A stretch of 63,025 nucleotides of DNA, filler included, from Asterionella formosa (Eukaryota), in the NCBI GenBank assembly GCA_002256025.1. It is 16 parts of 16 records of this genome, joined end to end, with 100 filler letters (N's around TTAATTAATTAA, not from the genome) between each part and the next. Parts side by side here need not be neighbours in the genome. Positions count along the whole stretch, not along the records: positions 2,108 to 33,602 come from NKIB01000652.1; 15 more parts are not named here. One strand, 5' to 3'. A model generated the notes under the pieces. That model did not search any database. It saw nothing but the letters and a program-made list of their open reading frames with translations, and had not been told where the DNA came from. Positions 12,853-25,126 of this stretch are shown here, piece after piece. Positions within the stretch are counted from its first letter, which is position 1. Each line of letters begins with the position of its first letter. Made by a program: the position numbers and the translations under genes.

Positions 12853-13167
12853 TCACAAGTGTGTCATGGATTCTCCATACTTGCCTTTCTTGTACTTGGA
12901 TTCCTCCATGGCACCATGAAGCATACACTCTGGTATCGGGTTTGTTGACATGTTGGGTTTGGCGTTGATAGTTTGCAACATTTCTTGGTACATTTGCAAT
13001 GCCTGATCCGGAGCTCCTTGAAGGCCATTGTTTTGTGCCATTTCAAACTTCAATAAATGATTTCTGTCAACATCAGCATGGCATTCTCTCTGATTGTCCA
13101 TTAATTTTGCAACCAGTGCTTGATTTTCCAAAATGTGTGTCAAATTTGTATGGTGTCCACTAGTCAT
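12853..13167 (-). pseudogene. PPR-like gene relic
   Basis: Single PPR-like helical motif (AQNNGLQGAPDQALQMYQEML...KPN) in a short ORF surrounded by stops. Confidence 0.35.
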
Positions 13168-13893
13168 GTCCGAAAAGTTCCTCGTGTCTTGTCCTGAATA
13201 ATGTTCTGAACTGTCTTTCCGTCATGACGATAGCGTACTTCGGCTTGTCTGAAGCTGAAGCAGTTGGATGCCTCTACAAGATCTTGTCATGCATAATAAA
13301 TCTTGGCAAGTTGGTGTGCAAGGTCTTCTCCCAGCATTAGCACGTGATACCACAAAGACTCCTCTCCTAGCACTTTGTTGTTCCCTAGTGCCATGGCTTG
13401 TTTCAAGTGTTGTTTCACCTCATGGCATCATCTTCATCATCAGGAGATGAGAGGTAAGCCGACATGGTCAGTGCGTCGAAATTGACAAGGTGCACATAAA
13501 ACGTGCACTACCCCGGTACCGGACCTTCCTGCTAGGCAGTAGGAGCAGTGTGGTCACACTAAACAAAAATTCCCCGCGCAGGAGGAGTGCGCAAAGACGT
13601 GCCGATGAGTGATAAATGCCACAGGTGTCCCCACTGAGTACATGTGAAATTAATAGCATTCAAAAAACTCGAAGTGACGTCAGCACATGACTTGTCTGGC
13701 TGTCCTGCCTTGGCCCAACATCGTGTCCACCACCATGCTGAGGATGCTGTCCTATGCAGCATGATATGGCGAGGACTGGTTTTGTCAACCGTATACCGGG
13801 TAACAAACACATCACAATTACAAACACTGTCAGTTCTACTGTTGCTTCGTTATTGACTACTGGTACATATACCATCTGGCGACTGTATCCACC

Positions 13894-14668
13894 ATGGCAT
13901 CATCTCTATTTCGATGTCCGACGCTCTTGTTGTCGAGGCCCTTAATGTCTTCTCTTCAGCTTCGTTGGAAGCACACGGTTCGAATCATTCTATTGGAAGA
14001 CCTCCCCAGTGGCAAGGGCCACAGCGGGGAAGTGATGCACGTCAAGGCAGGGTTTGCCCGGAACTATTTGATTCCAAACAAGATGGCACTCTACGCCACG
14101 CCGGAAAACTTTGTAAGGTTGGGACGGAAAGATCCAAAGTCAGAAACGCCAGAAGAGCGGAGGGAGCGACTGGAGCGGGAAGCGTCAGAGGAACTCAACG
14201 AAGAACTCAAGGCAGCCACCTTATTGTCCAAGTATCTAAAATCAAAGATGGTACGTATATAGGAGAGAGAAGCACCATATTGCTGTTATACTTGGCGGTG
14301 TACACTAACCTGCACGTATGTTAATGTTTCCTCATCCCCCACCGATTTAGTTACAAATCTATCGCAAGGTTGATGACGTTGGTGGCATCCATCCGGGGAA
14401 TGTCGTTGCCAAAAACTTGAAAGAGAAATTGTCCATTCAACTCAAGATTGATTTGGATGAAAGTGAACGGATTCATATTCGGCCAGAACCGCTTCTGGAG
14501 GACTACAGCGATGAAGAAATTCAAGCAATGGTGGAGCAAATCCCGTCGGATGAAGACTGCACCGTCCAGCTCAAGAAGATTGGTTACTTTCTTGCCAAGA
14601 TATCACTTGCTGGAGGTTATGCAGTGCCGCTTCGATTTCAAGTGATAAAAAAGTCATACACAAAGTAG
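13894..14668 (+). CDS. rpl9: Organellar (likely mitochondrial) ribosomal protein L9; exons 13894-14250 and 14351-14668
   Basis: L9 N-terminal motif IILLEDLP.GKGHSGEVMHVKAGFARNYLIPNKMALYAT. In-frame GT-AG intron 14251-14350. Arg/Ser/Leu-rich presequence. Confidence 0.9.
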
Positions 14669-14845
14669 AGAATCTGCGTGAATGGCAGTTGTTGCGAGGA
14701 GAATGCCACAGATCGCTAGACGGGTTCGGATAAAGTGTGACAAGTTTATTAAAATTATTGATTGCGTCATGCGATGATTTATTCCTTGTAGTTACTGCCC
14801 TACCGGCAGTCCGACGAAATTTCTTTTCCTCTAGGTCAACAAGTT

Positions 14846-16352
14846 TTAAATGTTGTCACGGTACGTAATGTGATCGCGAGAAAAAGGTGGTTCCACCTTT
14901 ACGACCCGAGCACCCTCATTGACTGTCGTTGTCACCAATAATTGCCCCTTAATTCCAAATGTTTCGGCTGCTGACAGCATGGCCCTGGCCACAGCTGAAT
15001 CGGTTCGCTCCTGCTCTCTCTGTGTAAAAATATCCCCACTAGCTCCCGACGTCAAGGCCATCACAGTCGGACCAGCGCCACTAAGGTATGCACAACAAGC
15101 ACCGGCTTGCTCCGCCGCCTCAATCATTGGATACAGATATTTATAAAGCTTGTCACCGCGCTGGGGTTGGTGCAACTTGTCTTGAACTCCATATTTTAAA
15201 TTGTCGAGATTTCCGGAAAACAGGGAATGAACCAAGAATGCGACCCGACCAATGTTGTATGCCGCTTCTTCACGGGTAACGGTAGCTTGCAAAACGCCGC
15301 GGGCATCCGAGGTCTTACCGATAAAGTCCGGGATGAACATGACCAACTGCATACCAGAAGGAGTGGGCACACGCTCCGTGAGCCATCGAGTACCATTGTG
15401 AATTCCTAGCTGGATCCCTCCATAGATGGCGGGAGCGACGTTGTCTGGGTGACCCTGTAGTGACAGAACAAGTGTTAGATTAGAGGAGCTCGAGTGAGTG
15501 ATTTGGTTTGCGTCTCAAACTGAGCTAATGAATTGAACTCACTTCGATACCAGCAGCAATCTGTAACAAGGCTTCACTTCCCCAACATGGCAATCGATGC
15601 CCTGCCAACACCAAACCAGCAATAATCCCTGCCACGATCGCTGCACTGGAACTTCCCAATCCTCGTGCATAGGGAATTCTAGACACACAATGAAACTTCA
15701 AAATGGGCATTGGCTTGTTGGCAGCTTCAAAGGCTGCTTTGACGCCAATGACCATGAAATTGGTCTCGTCTTTGGGCATGGCGTCTGCACCGTCTCCTTC
15801 AGCAGTGATTTCAAACACTTCGGCTCGTTCCACGGTGACTTCGGACCAGAGGTCGACCGCCATGCCAACGCAGTCATCTAGCGAAAGTAATAATTCAGAG
15901 GGCGGTCGTGTGAGAATTGGCGCAAAAAATTCACAGAATCGCCCACATTTGCCTGTGCGATTTGGCATATCATCCATCCATCCATCCAACAGACCAGCCA
16001 ACCAGCAATCCATGGCACAAACATGAGTCTACGTACATCCTGGACCCACATTGGCACTCGTTGCTGGGACTCGCACTGTCACACTACGCCGGGGTGTCAA
16101 ATTGTCCTCTTCCACCGCCACCCGAGCAGCAATGCGTCGTCTCATCTTTTCTTCATGATTGTGGGGAAACAAAACATTCTGAGAGGCCCGCTCTTCCTTG
16201 TCGTAAATGATAGAAGGACGCGCTCGCGTTGCTGCTTCGGGCAGTTTTTGTTTCTTCTCTGAAAGCTTCAATGCAGTGTAGGCTAGGGCGGCACCAGCCA
16301 CGGCCGCGCTGATGGCGGTGATGACTAGTTTGTTGTCTTGAGAATACGACAT
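14846..16352 (-). CDS. thrB: Homoserine kinase (GHMP family); exons 16352-16037, 15877-15543, 15454-14846
   Basis: Splicing restores VPATSANVGPGYDCVG and EGHPDNVAPAIYGG. Also IPYARGLGSSSAA, DKLHQPQR and LSGAGPT. GT-AG introns 16036-15878 and 15542-15455. Confidence 0.93.
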
Positions 16353-16714
16353 GGTTATTGTTGGTGGTGGTTGGCGTTGTGTGGTCTCTTCATAGGTTGA
16401 ACAAAATAACTAAAATATGTGTACCGGTGTATGACATAAAATAATTCATACATAGATAACATTTATGTACATATGAATACGATACTGGTCTAACGGTGTA
16501 CTCCGTATGAAGTTGTTATCATAGATTCGTTGAATGACGTATTTCGCCAGTCCGCATGTAGATAGGACATGCTACTACAGTACCTACCTGGTACGTACCT
16601 CCTTGATTCTGTATAATGCAACCACTCTACTTGATTGTACCAGGTCCAGGTACCGGTACCGGTACCGGTACTCCATGTACCATACTCTACTCCTTGCTTA
16701 CCAGGGTAGACGAT

Positions 16715-16785
16715 GAAAGGTCCGGTAAACCACGTTTTGTACTTAAACAAAGATAAAGCTAAATAACTCGGTTACCGGACCTTCC
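16715..16785. mobile_element. ~70-bp mini-MITE, copy 2
   Basis: gaaaggtccggtaaacc...aagctaaata...ttaccggaccttcc. Confidence 0.75.
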
Positions 16786-16903
16786 TGTACCAGTACCAGG
16801 TACCCTACATATATAGTATCTGGTACCTGGTACGGCGCACCGGGGAACCTGCTACCTGGTAGCAGTTACCAGTACCCTTCGCTGTACCAGGTACCAGTAA
16901 AAA

Positions 16904-17395
16904 ATGGCTTTGATCAAAGTGGCCCTGCTGCAGAATTCAAATCTTTCCATTCTCAAACCAGGTTACAACAACTTAGGCAACGAAGGTATGTTTTAATACG
17001 TTGGCTGTCGGGATTTCAGCACACCACGCTTTGGGATTGTTGGATCTTGGATTCAACCAAGTCGGCAATGATGGGATTAGATCATAGGCATGTGCTTTGT
17101 TTGGATCTGCCTAGCATACCCTCTACTTGGCAGGGAATCACATGCGGGAAAAGGAGCCATGGCATTGGCTGATGGGATCAGGAGAGGGTGCGCTGTGACC
17201 AAACTGTATTTGACCGGGAACCGATTAGGACCAGATGGAGTGAAATCAGTAACAGAAGCCATTCTAGAAGATGACGAACTGAGAAGGAGAAAAGCATCAT
17301 ATGGAGTCAATGACACTCAAGGGATCCAAGAGCTCTTTTTAGGCGGAACAAGCATGGGACCGATGGGTTGCCACGCAGTTGCTACAATGCTCTGA
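16904..17395 (+). pseudogene. Degenerate RI/NLRC3-like leucine-rich-repeat fragment
   Basis: LRR units (GYNNLGNEG, LDLGFNQVGNDG, KLYLTGNRLGPDG, QELFLGGTSMGPMG) are split across frames by frameshifts and stops. Confidence 0.65.
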
Positions 17396-18462
17396 ATGTG
17401 CAAATCACACAGAATTGAGGAAGACACAACAGATTAAAATTTCATCATGCGAGTGAATTGGTTAACTCATCAGTTGATTGTTTTCAATATAAAATCCAGG
17501 TGTATTTTTTACTATAGTAGGACAAGGCTAATTGCAGATCATTCAGTGCATGTGCAATTAGGAGTAACTATTGGCTGTGTCCTCTCCCTGCTCTTGTCAT
17601 TTTTGCTCAAGTCACACTTGTAGCCTCAAAAATTTGTCCCAACGAAATTGTTAGCAAGACTGCGCCAGACTTTTTCGTGTAGATTGTAGGTTCTGTTGGT
17701 ACAAAGAGGAAGTAATGGCTGCGCCAGGATTTTTGACCCTCTGAATTCATAAAAACACCAACATTCAACACCACTGTGAACAATTTAATTTCAACATGGG
17801 GATGACCCTTACAACTAGTAGCATCCCCCTTCTAGATTTTCAGCGCCTCACCATTAACAAATCCTTCATCAGCCAAGAACTGACATATTGTTTGTTGCAA
17901 CAACAGAAGGTGGAATGATGACTGCAACATTGAGATCGTAAGCAATCGATGCTTTTAAGGTAAGATTTATTTGCTTGCTATTTTTACTATCATATCACCA
18001 AGCCAGGGATAACTCATACTGATATGTTGTTGTTTTCAACATTCATTTGACATTTGAACAGGTCTTTTCAGAAAAGGAGTGTTCTTTGGAAAGCATGAGT
18101 GATAGAAGATGAAATCATACAATATGGAGACCCGCAATAGAGGCCTTTAAGGTTGCGGCCCCGCAGTTACAGATTGCGAGGTCTGTTTTTTCCAAAATAT
18201 TTTTATTATGTACTTCAATCTACACAGTACGTAGAACTGAATAAAATAGTTAAAGGTAAAATTAGCTTTCACCAATACGACCACTTTGCATATGCTTAGA
18301 TACAGTCATTACTCGACTTAGGGGTATGATCTGTATACAGATATGGTAAGGACCTCATTTCTGGAGAGAAGTGGCAGTTATCCCTCGTGGAATCATAGTA
18401 ACTATCCAAAAAATAGTCAAAAAAGGGGGCCATCAAGCTTTAAAAAAAATCTACGAGGGATA

Positions 18463-19509
18463 ACTGCCACTTCTCTGCAGAAGTTAACTCCTGACGTTAT
18501 GAGGTACACGGCTATCTATTTCATTCTTCATGAAACTCCGTAGATGTAGAGCAATCCTCCTCCAAAAAGTCGACCCGATCGGGTTTTTCATCAGTCGCCA
18601 AAATATTGGAATCGGAATTAGTACGTGCCAAAACGTTCTCGTAAAATTAGATTCTTGCGTAGGTTTGTTTTGCTGAATAATTCTCTGTCCTAAAAGACTC
18701 CAGGGTAAGTTCCCACGTCACTACACATATTCTGATTGGTTGAATTGAATTTACTCACCTGCTCCCGATTTGCTGAAGTATCCCGGTCTTGTGAAATCTC
18801 GCCAGCACACGTATTAGATGTACTGAATACTGCTTGGTAAAGTCAGTACCGGTACCAGTACTACCGTTAATTTCATCCTGTCTTCCATCATGATGAACCA
18901 AGATTATCTACTACTACCTGGTACCTGGTACTCCGATTGTATTCAGATAATACATGGATTTATTCAAGTAAGAATTTTGATGTATTCAACTAATTCATGT
19001 GATCCATTCAAAATCAACTATGCTTTTATACGTGATGGTCACTTCACGTAATACGCGGCTTAAATAGATGATGGACGATGAAACTACCGGTAGTACTTTC
19101 TTTAGCTACCTACCAGGTACCAGGTACCGGTACACGGAGCATCTAATACATATGGTTCAAGTATGGCTGGCGCAATTTTACAAGACCGAGATAGTGCAGC
19201 CGATCTGGAGCAGGTGAGTAAATTCAATTCAACCAATCAGAATATGTGTAGTGACGTGGGAACTTACCCTGGAGTCTTTTAGGACAGAGAATTATTCAGC
19301 AAAACAAACCTACGCAAGAATCTAATTTTACGAGAACGTTTTGGCACGTACTAATTCCGATTCCAATATTTTGGCGACTGATGAAAAACCCGATCGGGTC
19401 GACTTTTTGGAAGAGAATTGCTCTACATCTACGGGGTTTCATGACGATTAAAATAGAGAGCCGTGTACCCTAGAACGTCAGAAGTTAACTTCTGGAGAGA
19501 AGTGGCAGT
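18463..19509. mobile_element. ~1.05-kb foldback / long-TIR non-autonomous element
   Basis: Arms of ~350-400 bp (18463-~18880 and ~19065-19509) are reverse complements. 18561-18765 versus 19207-19411 is a perfect match by eye. Confidence 0.9.
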
Positions 19510-20374
19510 GCAGAGTGATCGAGAAGAATAAGAAAATTTACACACACGGCGCTTGTGAACAATGCTTATGCAATCAGAACTCTAAACAAACAGCCCACAG
19601 TGTGGACAGTGGCGCAAACAAACACAATGGCAATGTGGTAGAAGCGAGCAGGCGATTTTCATTACCAACAACGACGCAACTTCTAATTACGAGATACCAT
19701 GACAGCATGATGCATGGCGACACTGCAGCACCAGTACCAGTTGCAACTGCAATGGCTCGATATCCTCACCCTTCGGTTGCTCCTATTACATGACAAGATA
19801 TGATGCAAGCAGGACGACCACCAGTCTAAGTATGAGCGATGCAACGACTACTGTGAAAGAAATACGAGGAGTCTTTGATGGAAATGACAAGATAAAATGG
19901 GAAAACCACCAGTATAAGAACGATGCAACTACTGCGAAAAAACATGCAAACGTTATAATTTTTTCTAACCGTTGCCTATAGAAATTACTACATGTATGTT
20001 AAAATTTTAAGCAATGGCTTTGAGTCCCTTCGACCGAATTTGGTCACTTTAATATGGATAGATCTCAGTTATATGATAATCATTTTATAGCTCATTCTTA
20101 CTAGTCTATTTCTAGGTTGGTTGTCCTTGCGTTCCATGGCCCATATAAGGTGCTGGGGCAGTGGAATTTTGGATAGGTAGTCACTTCCTTGTCCAGAAAT
20201 AGGGTTAAAAATTGCGGTAGCTTTGTTCTTGGATTGGTTCTCATGGACTGCACTATTAATGTCTGCCGGAGAATTGGATTGCAAGTGGAGATTGGGTAAA
20301 AGATTTTCTTTGTGTCCCCATTCCTTGGTGCTGTTTCTCTGTTGGTTTCTTTGTTTTGATTGGTTTGTCAGCAC

Positions 20375-20667
20375 GAGTTTCTTGTCAATTCTTGTGGTTC
20401 TTTCATCTGCTTATAGGGTGTTGAATACTGTGTAGTTACGTTGCGACGGAAACGGTCTGTCTGGATCGGATTTTGATGCTTGGACATCGTCAAAAGCGTT
20501 ACTCAATTTGATGATGCTGTTGGGTGGATTTCGGTCATTTTGGTCTATCTTCATGAGTTTCTTGTCAATTTCTGTTGTTCTTTCATCTGCTTGTAGTGTG
20601 TTGCATACTGTGTAGGTACGTTGCGACGAAAAAGATTTGTCTGGATCGGATTTAGAGGCTTGGACAT
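20375..20667. repeat. Direct duplication, ~113-bp unit with 180-bp period
   Basis: gagtttcttgtcaatt...gttgcgacg...ctggatcggattt...gcttggacat at 20375-20488 and 20555-20667. Confidence 0.8.
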
Positions 20668-20703
20668 GTGTTTCTGTGTGTATTGCTGCAGATGCAGCAT
20701 TAA

Positions 20704-21834
20704 GGTTCCTGCATTTGAACCCCCAGCTCGATGTAGGTTTAAAAAAATTATTGAGTCAGACTAATCAAATACATGCTTTTTGCCTCTAAAATAAATATGT
20801 TTAACGCTCAACGGAGATTTCACCATTAGACACCCTTTCTACACGTTTACACACAGTTCTCTGAAAAAGTAGGGGTGTAGGTCCACTCTAAATATCTTCA
20901 GGATATAGGATCTTGGCAAGAAACTGCAGATGGGAACATCCGGTTTTTTCACTATTCTAAAATGACGAGAAAACTCTGGGGAAAACTGTTTATTTGGTAT
21001 AGTAAAAAACTAACGTTCCTTTCAGCAGTTTCTTGCGGAATATATATACTGATGCTATATGAAGGTTACCTATTTATTGAAATCGCCGTCAAACCCAGCC
21101 AACATTGAGCTATGATCGTCGTCCAAAAGTTCGACAAAATCGGCCTTTTCTATGGTCTCCAAAATATCGGAATCAGAATCACTAATCAACACGACATCAT
21201 CATCGGAATAGAAGTCTTGTGCTAAAATTTTTAGTCGCAAAATCTGATTACAAAAATTTCAATTGTAAGGGACTGCTGCATTATTCATATTCTGATTAGT
21301 TATACTTACATCCCTTCGATTGGCCTGGTCTGCGAGGTTTTGCAATTCCACGCTGGCCACGCTGGTTACACATGCAACATTTTCTTGGGTGGTCGCCGAT
21401 GCTATATCCACAACCTGGTACCTGGTACGGGGATAAGGAGTACTGAGTACTATCTTGTACCAGGTACCTGGTACCCGTAGCTGATCATCGCTGATCCTAT
21501 ATAGTAGTGTATGCGTACCAGTACAATTCTAGAATGCACTTTCAAATATTTTTCCGAGACGCCGGGTCATACATATGACACATATTTGCTGTTCTGAGTA
21601 TACTTCTGGGAGAGTAGTCATATGCACATTCAGCGACGAAGAAACTATGTGTATATATATTTAGGGCATTTGAGAAGGAATCTATGTAAGGAAGCACACA
21701 TTTCCACTGATTTAATTATTTCAAACGAAATCATCGATATTCAAAATTAGCTCATAAAAGTTCTTAGTTCCAGGGAATTTCGGTATCCCTAAGCAGTATT
21801 ATAATTTTAGCCTCGGGGTTCAAATGCGGGAACC
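20704..21834. mobile_element. Non-autonomous PIF/Harbinger-like DNA transposon (20-bp TIR, TAA TSD)
   Basis: taa|GGTTCCTGCATTTGAACCCC ... GGGGTTCAAATGCGGGAACC|taa. A second copy of the left ~210 bp is inverted at 50527-50738 and is followed by tta. Confidence 0.8.
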
Positions 21835-23439
21835 TAAAGTAACACTAATTCTATAAATTTAAGATATGTCATGTAATTAAATTAATCAACAAAGACACTA
21901 TTTTTATCTCTAATGGTAAAAATATAAACGTATTTTGGAAGGAGGGATCAAAAGCAATTATTATCGCTACTCGTGCAATTACGCTTTTCATCACTTGTAA
22001 GCAATTGCAATATAAATCAATTGTCTTTGCTGTTGATGTTGTTGCAGTTATTTCTCATGGCATCTTTTGATTCTTCTGACAATGAAAGTTACTCTGTCCC
22101 AAGTAAACTGGATGGCCAGTGGCTTGCATGTACCAATCATGCTGATTTTTTCATCGACAGCAAAGTAAGATTGACAATGATAAAAGAAATGCCCAATCAA
22201 CAGATATGATCTCTACAATGACTTTGGGCATGTTTTTGTTTGATTTAAAGTCGCCGGATTCAGAAGCAAGACCAAAACTGTAACTGTTAAACTCATAAAG
22301 AATTTGTTCAAGTCTATTGATCCTAGAAATATCATGGGGTGCAACAAAAAGTCATCCAAAAACCCGTAGCAGAATTTGAACAGAAATGGAACTTCTGAAT
22401 CGTCATCAAGGAAGTCTTCTCATCTAGTACTACCAAATCAATTTTCTCCAACCAGCGAAGGTATTGCCAATGATTCATGTACAGATTCCGAATTTTCTCC
22501 TTCACAATCATTTGCTTTTTAATCTCGGGTCCCTGCAGATATTTTATTAGTAGACGATGATTCTGAAATATCTCAGATTGTTCAGCAATGTGGACGACCT
22601 CCCGAGGATAAGAAGAAAAGAAATGCTGCAGTTTCTAACAAATATATTAAGAATCACGGCATGCACTACCGAGTATTTAATGTCTTCTTTGATGAAAACA
22701 TCGTCCAGATGTGTTGGATCTTGGAAATAGACCAGCTATTGAGAAAACCTCACCTGTGGAATAACTTCAGCTTCAACTGGCTGGAAAGGACTGGATCTAA
22801 ATATATTTTTTTTCACAGCGAAAACGGAGACCTGGTCAAGGAAACTTTGATATGGAGTGAAAATAAAATGTAATAAAATCTAACAATACTTCAAAGCTAT
22901 CGCACAATAATTGCATTCATGCCCAACTGAACGGAAAAATTAGTCCTGGTTTTACTCTTGGCCATAAGGTATAATGGGAACTAATAATAGATGCTGTTGC
23001 GTTTGACTGGGTAGGCAGCATGTAAATGGGGAATTTCCAGACAAGTCACGTAACTGTGATTGATGGGGTGAAGGACTAAGTCCCGGGATTTGAGCGGATG
23101 GGTGATTGTATCAGGTTGAATGAAGACTTTCATTTTTCGTCCTAAAATAATTGACATGTATATCTAAGCCGCTTATTCCTTGAGAACAGTTTACATAAAT
23201 AAGCCTCCTAGCTAGTACTGGTATTAGATTGTGAATGGATCACATGAATTACTTGATTTCATCAAAATGCGTACTTGATTATATCAACATATTGTCTGAA
23301 TACATTATATTAAGAACTTGATCAAAGTAGCATGCATGCATTACTGATCATCACTATATTAGCTGATCACCTTCATTTGATTCTTTGAATTAAATTACAT
23401 AATTCGGTAATTGAGTTCATGTCATTCTAAAATTTGGAA

Positions 23440-24280
23440 ATTCTTTTTATATGTTGTAGACGACGAAAACATATTTGCAACATGCTGGACTATTGGTGAG
23501 GGATAAAAATGAATATTAAATTAAAGCAATGTTTTTAGTATTTTACATTTGCATTTCAAATTTCTATGAGGCGATCGATGATGTACACGGTTGCGCTCAT
23601 TTTGGTGGCGAATTCATACACCTATTTACATTTCCTGAACTTTCATCATTTCCTGAGCGATACATACATTTCTGGTCATAGCTACGTTATACTACTAGGC
23701 GACAACAAAGACCCACGAAGACCCTTGTAACATGTTGTATCATTGGTGAAGGATCAATGATATATGCAAGTATAAAGATTTAGAATTTTACATTTACATT
23801 TAACATATCTATTAGCCGGTCACGGTCAACGATGTACACGATTGCGCTCCTTTTGGTGAATCGTCACAGTGAAATTTTATATCTACTATGTATCTTCCTT
23901 GTTTCCTGGCTGATTCATACATTTCTTGATATATACGAAGAGACACCAGTTGTAACAGGTTGTATTGTTTGCTGAAGGATGAAGAATGAAGATTGAATAC
24001 TATATACAAAATAAAAATATAGAATTTTACATTGACATTGACCATTTCTGTAAGCCAATCAATGATGATGTCTGCGCCGGTTGCGCTTATTCTGGTGCAT
24101 CATCATGTCCAAATATTATATCTATGTATCTTCGGTCGTCACTTCCTTGGTGATTCATACATTTCTTTTCATAGAATGTTGTAGACAACGACGAAGAGAC
24201 ACTTGTAGCATGTTAAATTTTTAGTGAGAGGTGAAAACGAATGACATAAGAAAATATGAAATTTTAGAATCTAATCTATG
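23440..24280. repeat. Degenerate tandem array, ~245-bp unit, ~3.5 copies
   Basis: Recurrent anchors ttgcgct (~23591, 23842, 24081), catacatttct, agaattttacatt and ggtgaaggat-like motifs. Confidence 0.75.
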
Positions 24281-25126
24281 TATTTAATTCTCCTTCAAAT
24301 CCAGCCAACATTGAGCAATTGCCATCCAAAAACCCGACAACATACTGGTATTTATATGCACTGGTTGCAAGGTTAGGTCGCCGTATAAGAACATGTGTTT
24401 ATGATTGCAAACGTTGGTAACCCTACAACACAAAGTTATGGTATACCGGTAAAGTCTACTCCCGTGCTAGCAAACGCTTACCTGGTGGAGTACCTATTAC
24501 TCTCTGAGATTTTGAGACCTCGATCGTGTTACATTCCCGCATCGAGTATCGGAACCCGGACTACCTAGTGGTGTGTACATAAATTAGACCCATACATAGA
24601 TGATATACACAACGATGTTATCATGCCGGCTTATGTATGTACTGCTGCAACGTACCAGTATGTGTCTGTCCTTTTGTTATACAATGAGGACCACTCCGCA
24701 AAAGGCACCCGGTAATGCAGTTTCACCTGTTTGGAACAAGCATCGACGATTTGCTTGATTTTATAGCCTCTGAAATACCATATACCAGCGGTATTTCTTG
24801 TTTGTAGATAGCGGTGTACTAACGGTATCACTGTAAACATTCATATACCGGTGGGGAAATACAAAGGGCGAAGTAGACTGCCAGGGTGGGATATGCAAGG
24901 TACGTCCAACGGTAGACAACTCCTAATATACCGGTTTGCTAGTACGTAAACTCTCTCGCTTTCCTTCGAAGAACGTACAGTTGAATTTTACTTTTGGTTG
25001 GTTTCCAGGTGCTGATTATATGAAGGTATCAAATCAACAAAAACCAAAACACAGTATTACGGCACAGGAATTGCTTTTTCGCGTGGTCAACGTCAGTGTT
25101 CATCCATCATTCATTCTTGAAGGTCA

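Noticed and set aside
20069..20374. Copia pre-RT remnant (AIFNPISG)
   Set aside because: Only a few residues of resemblance, too weak to call.
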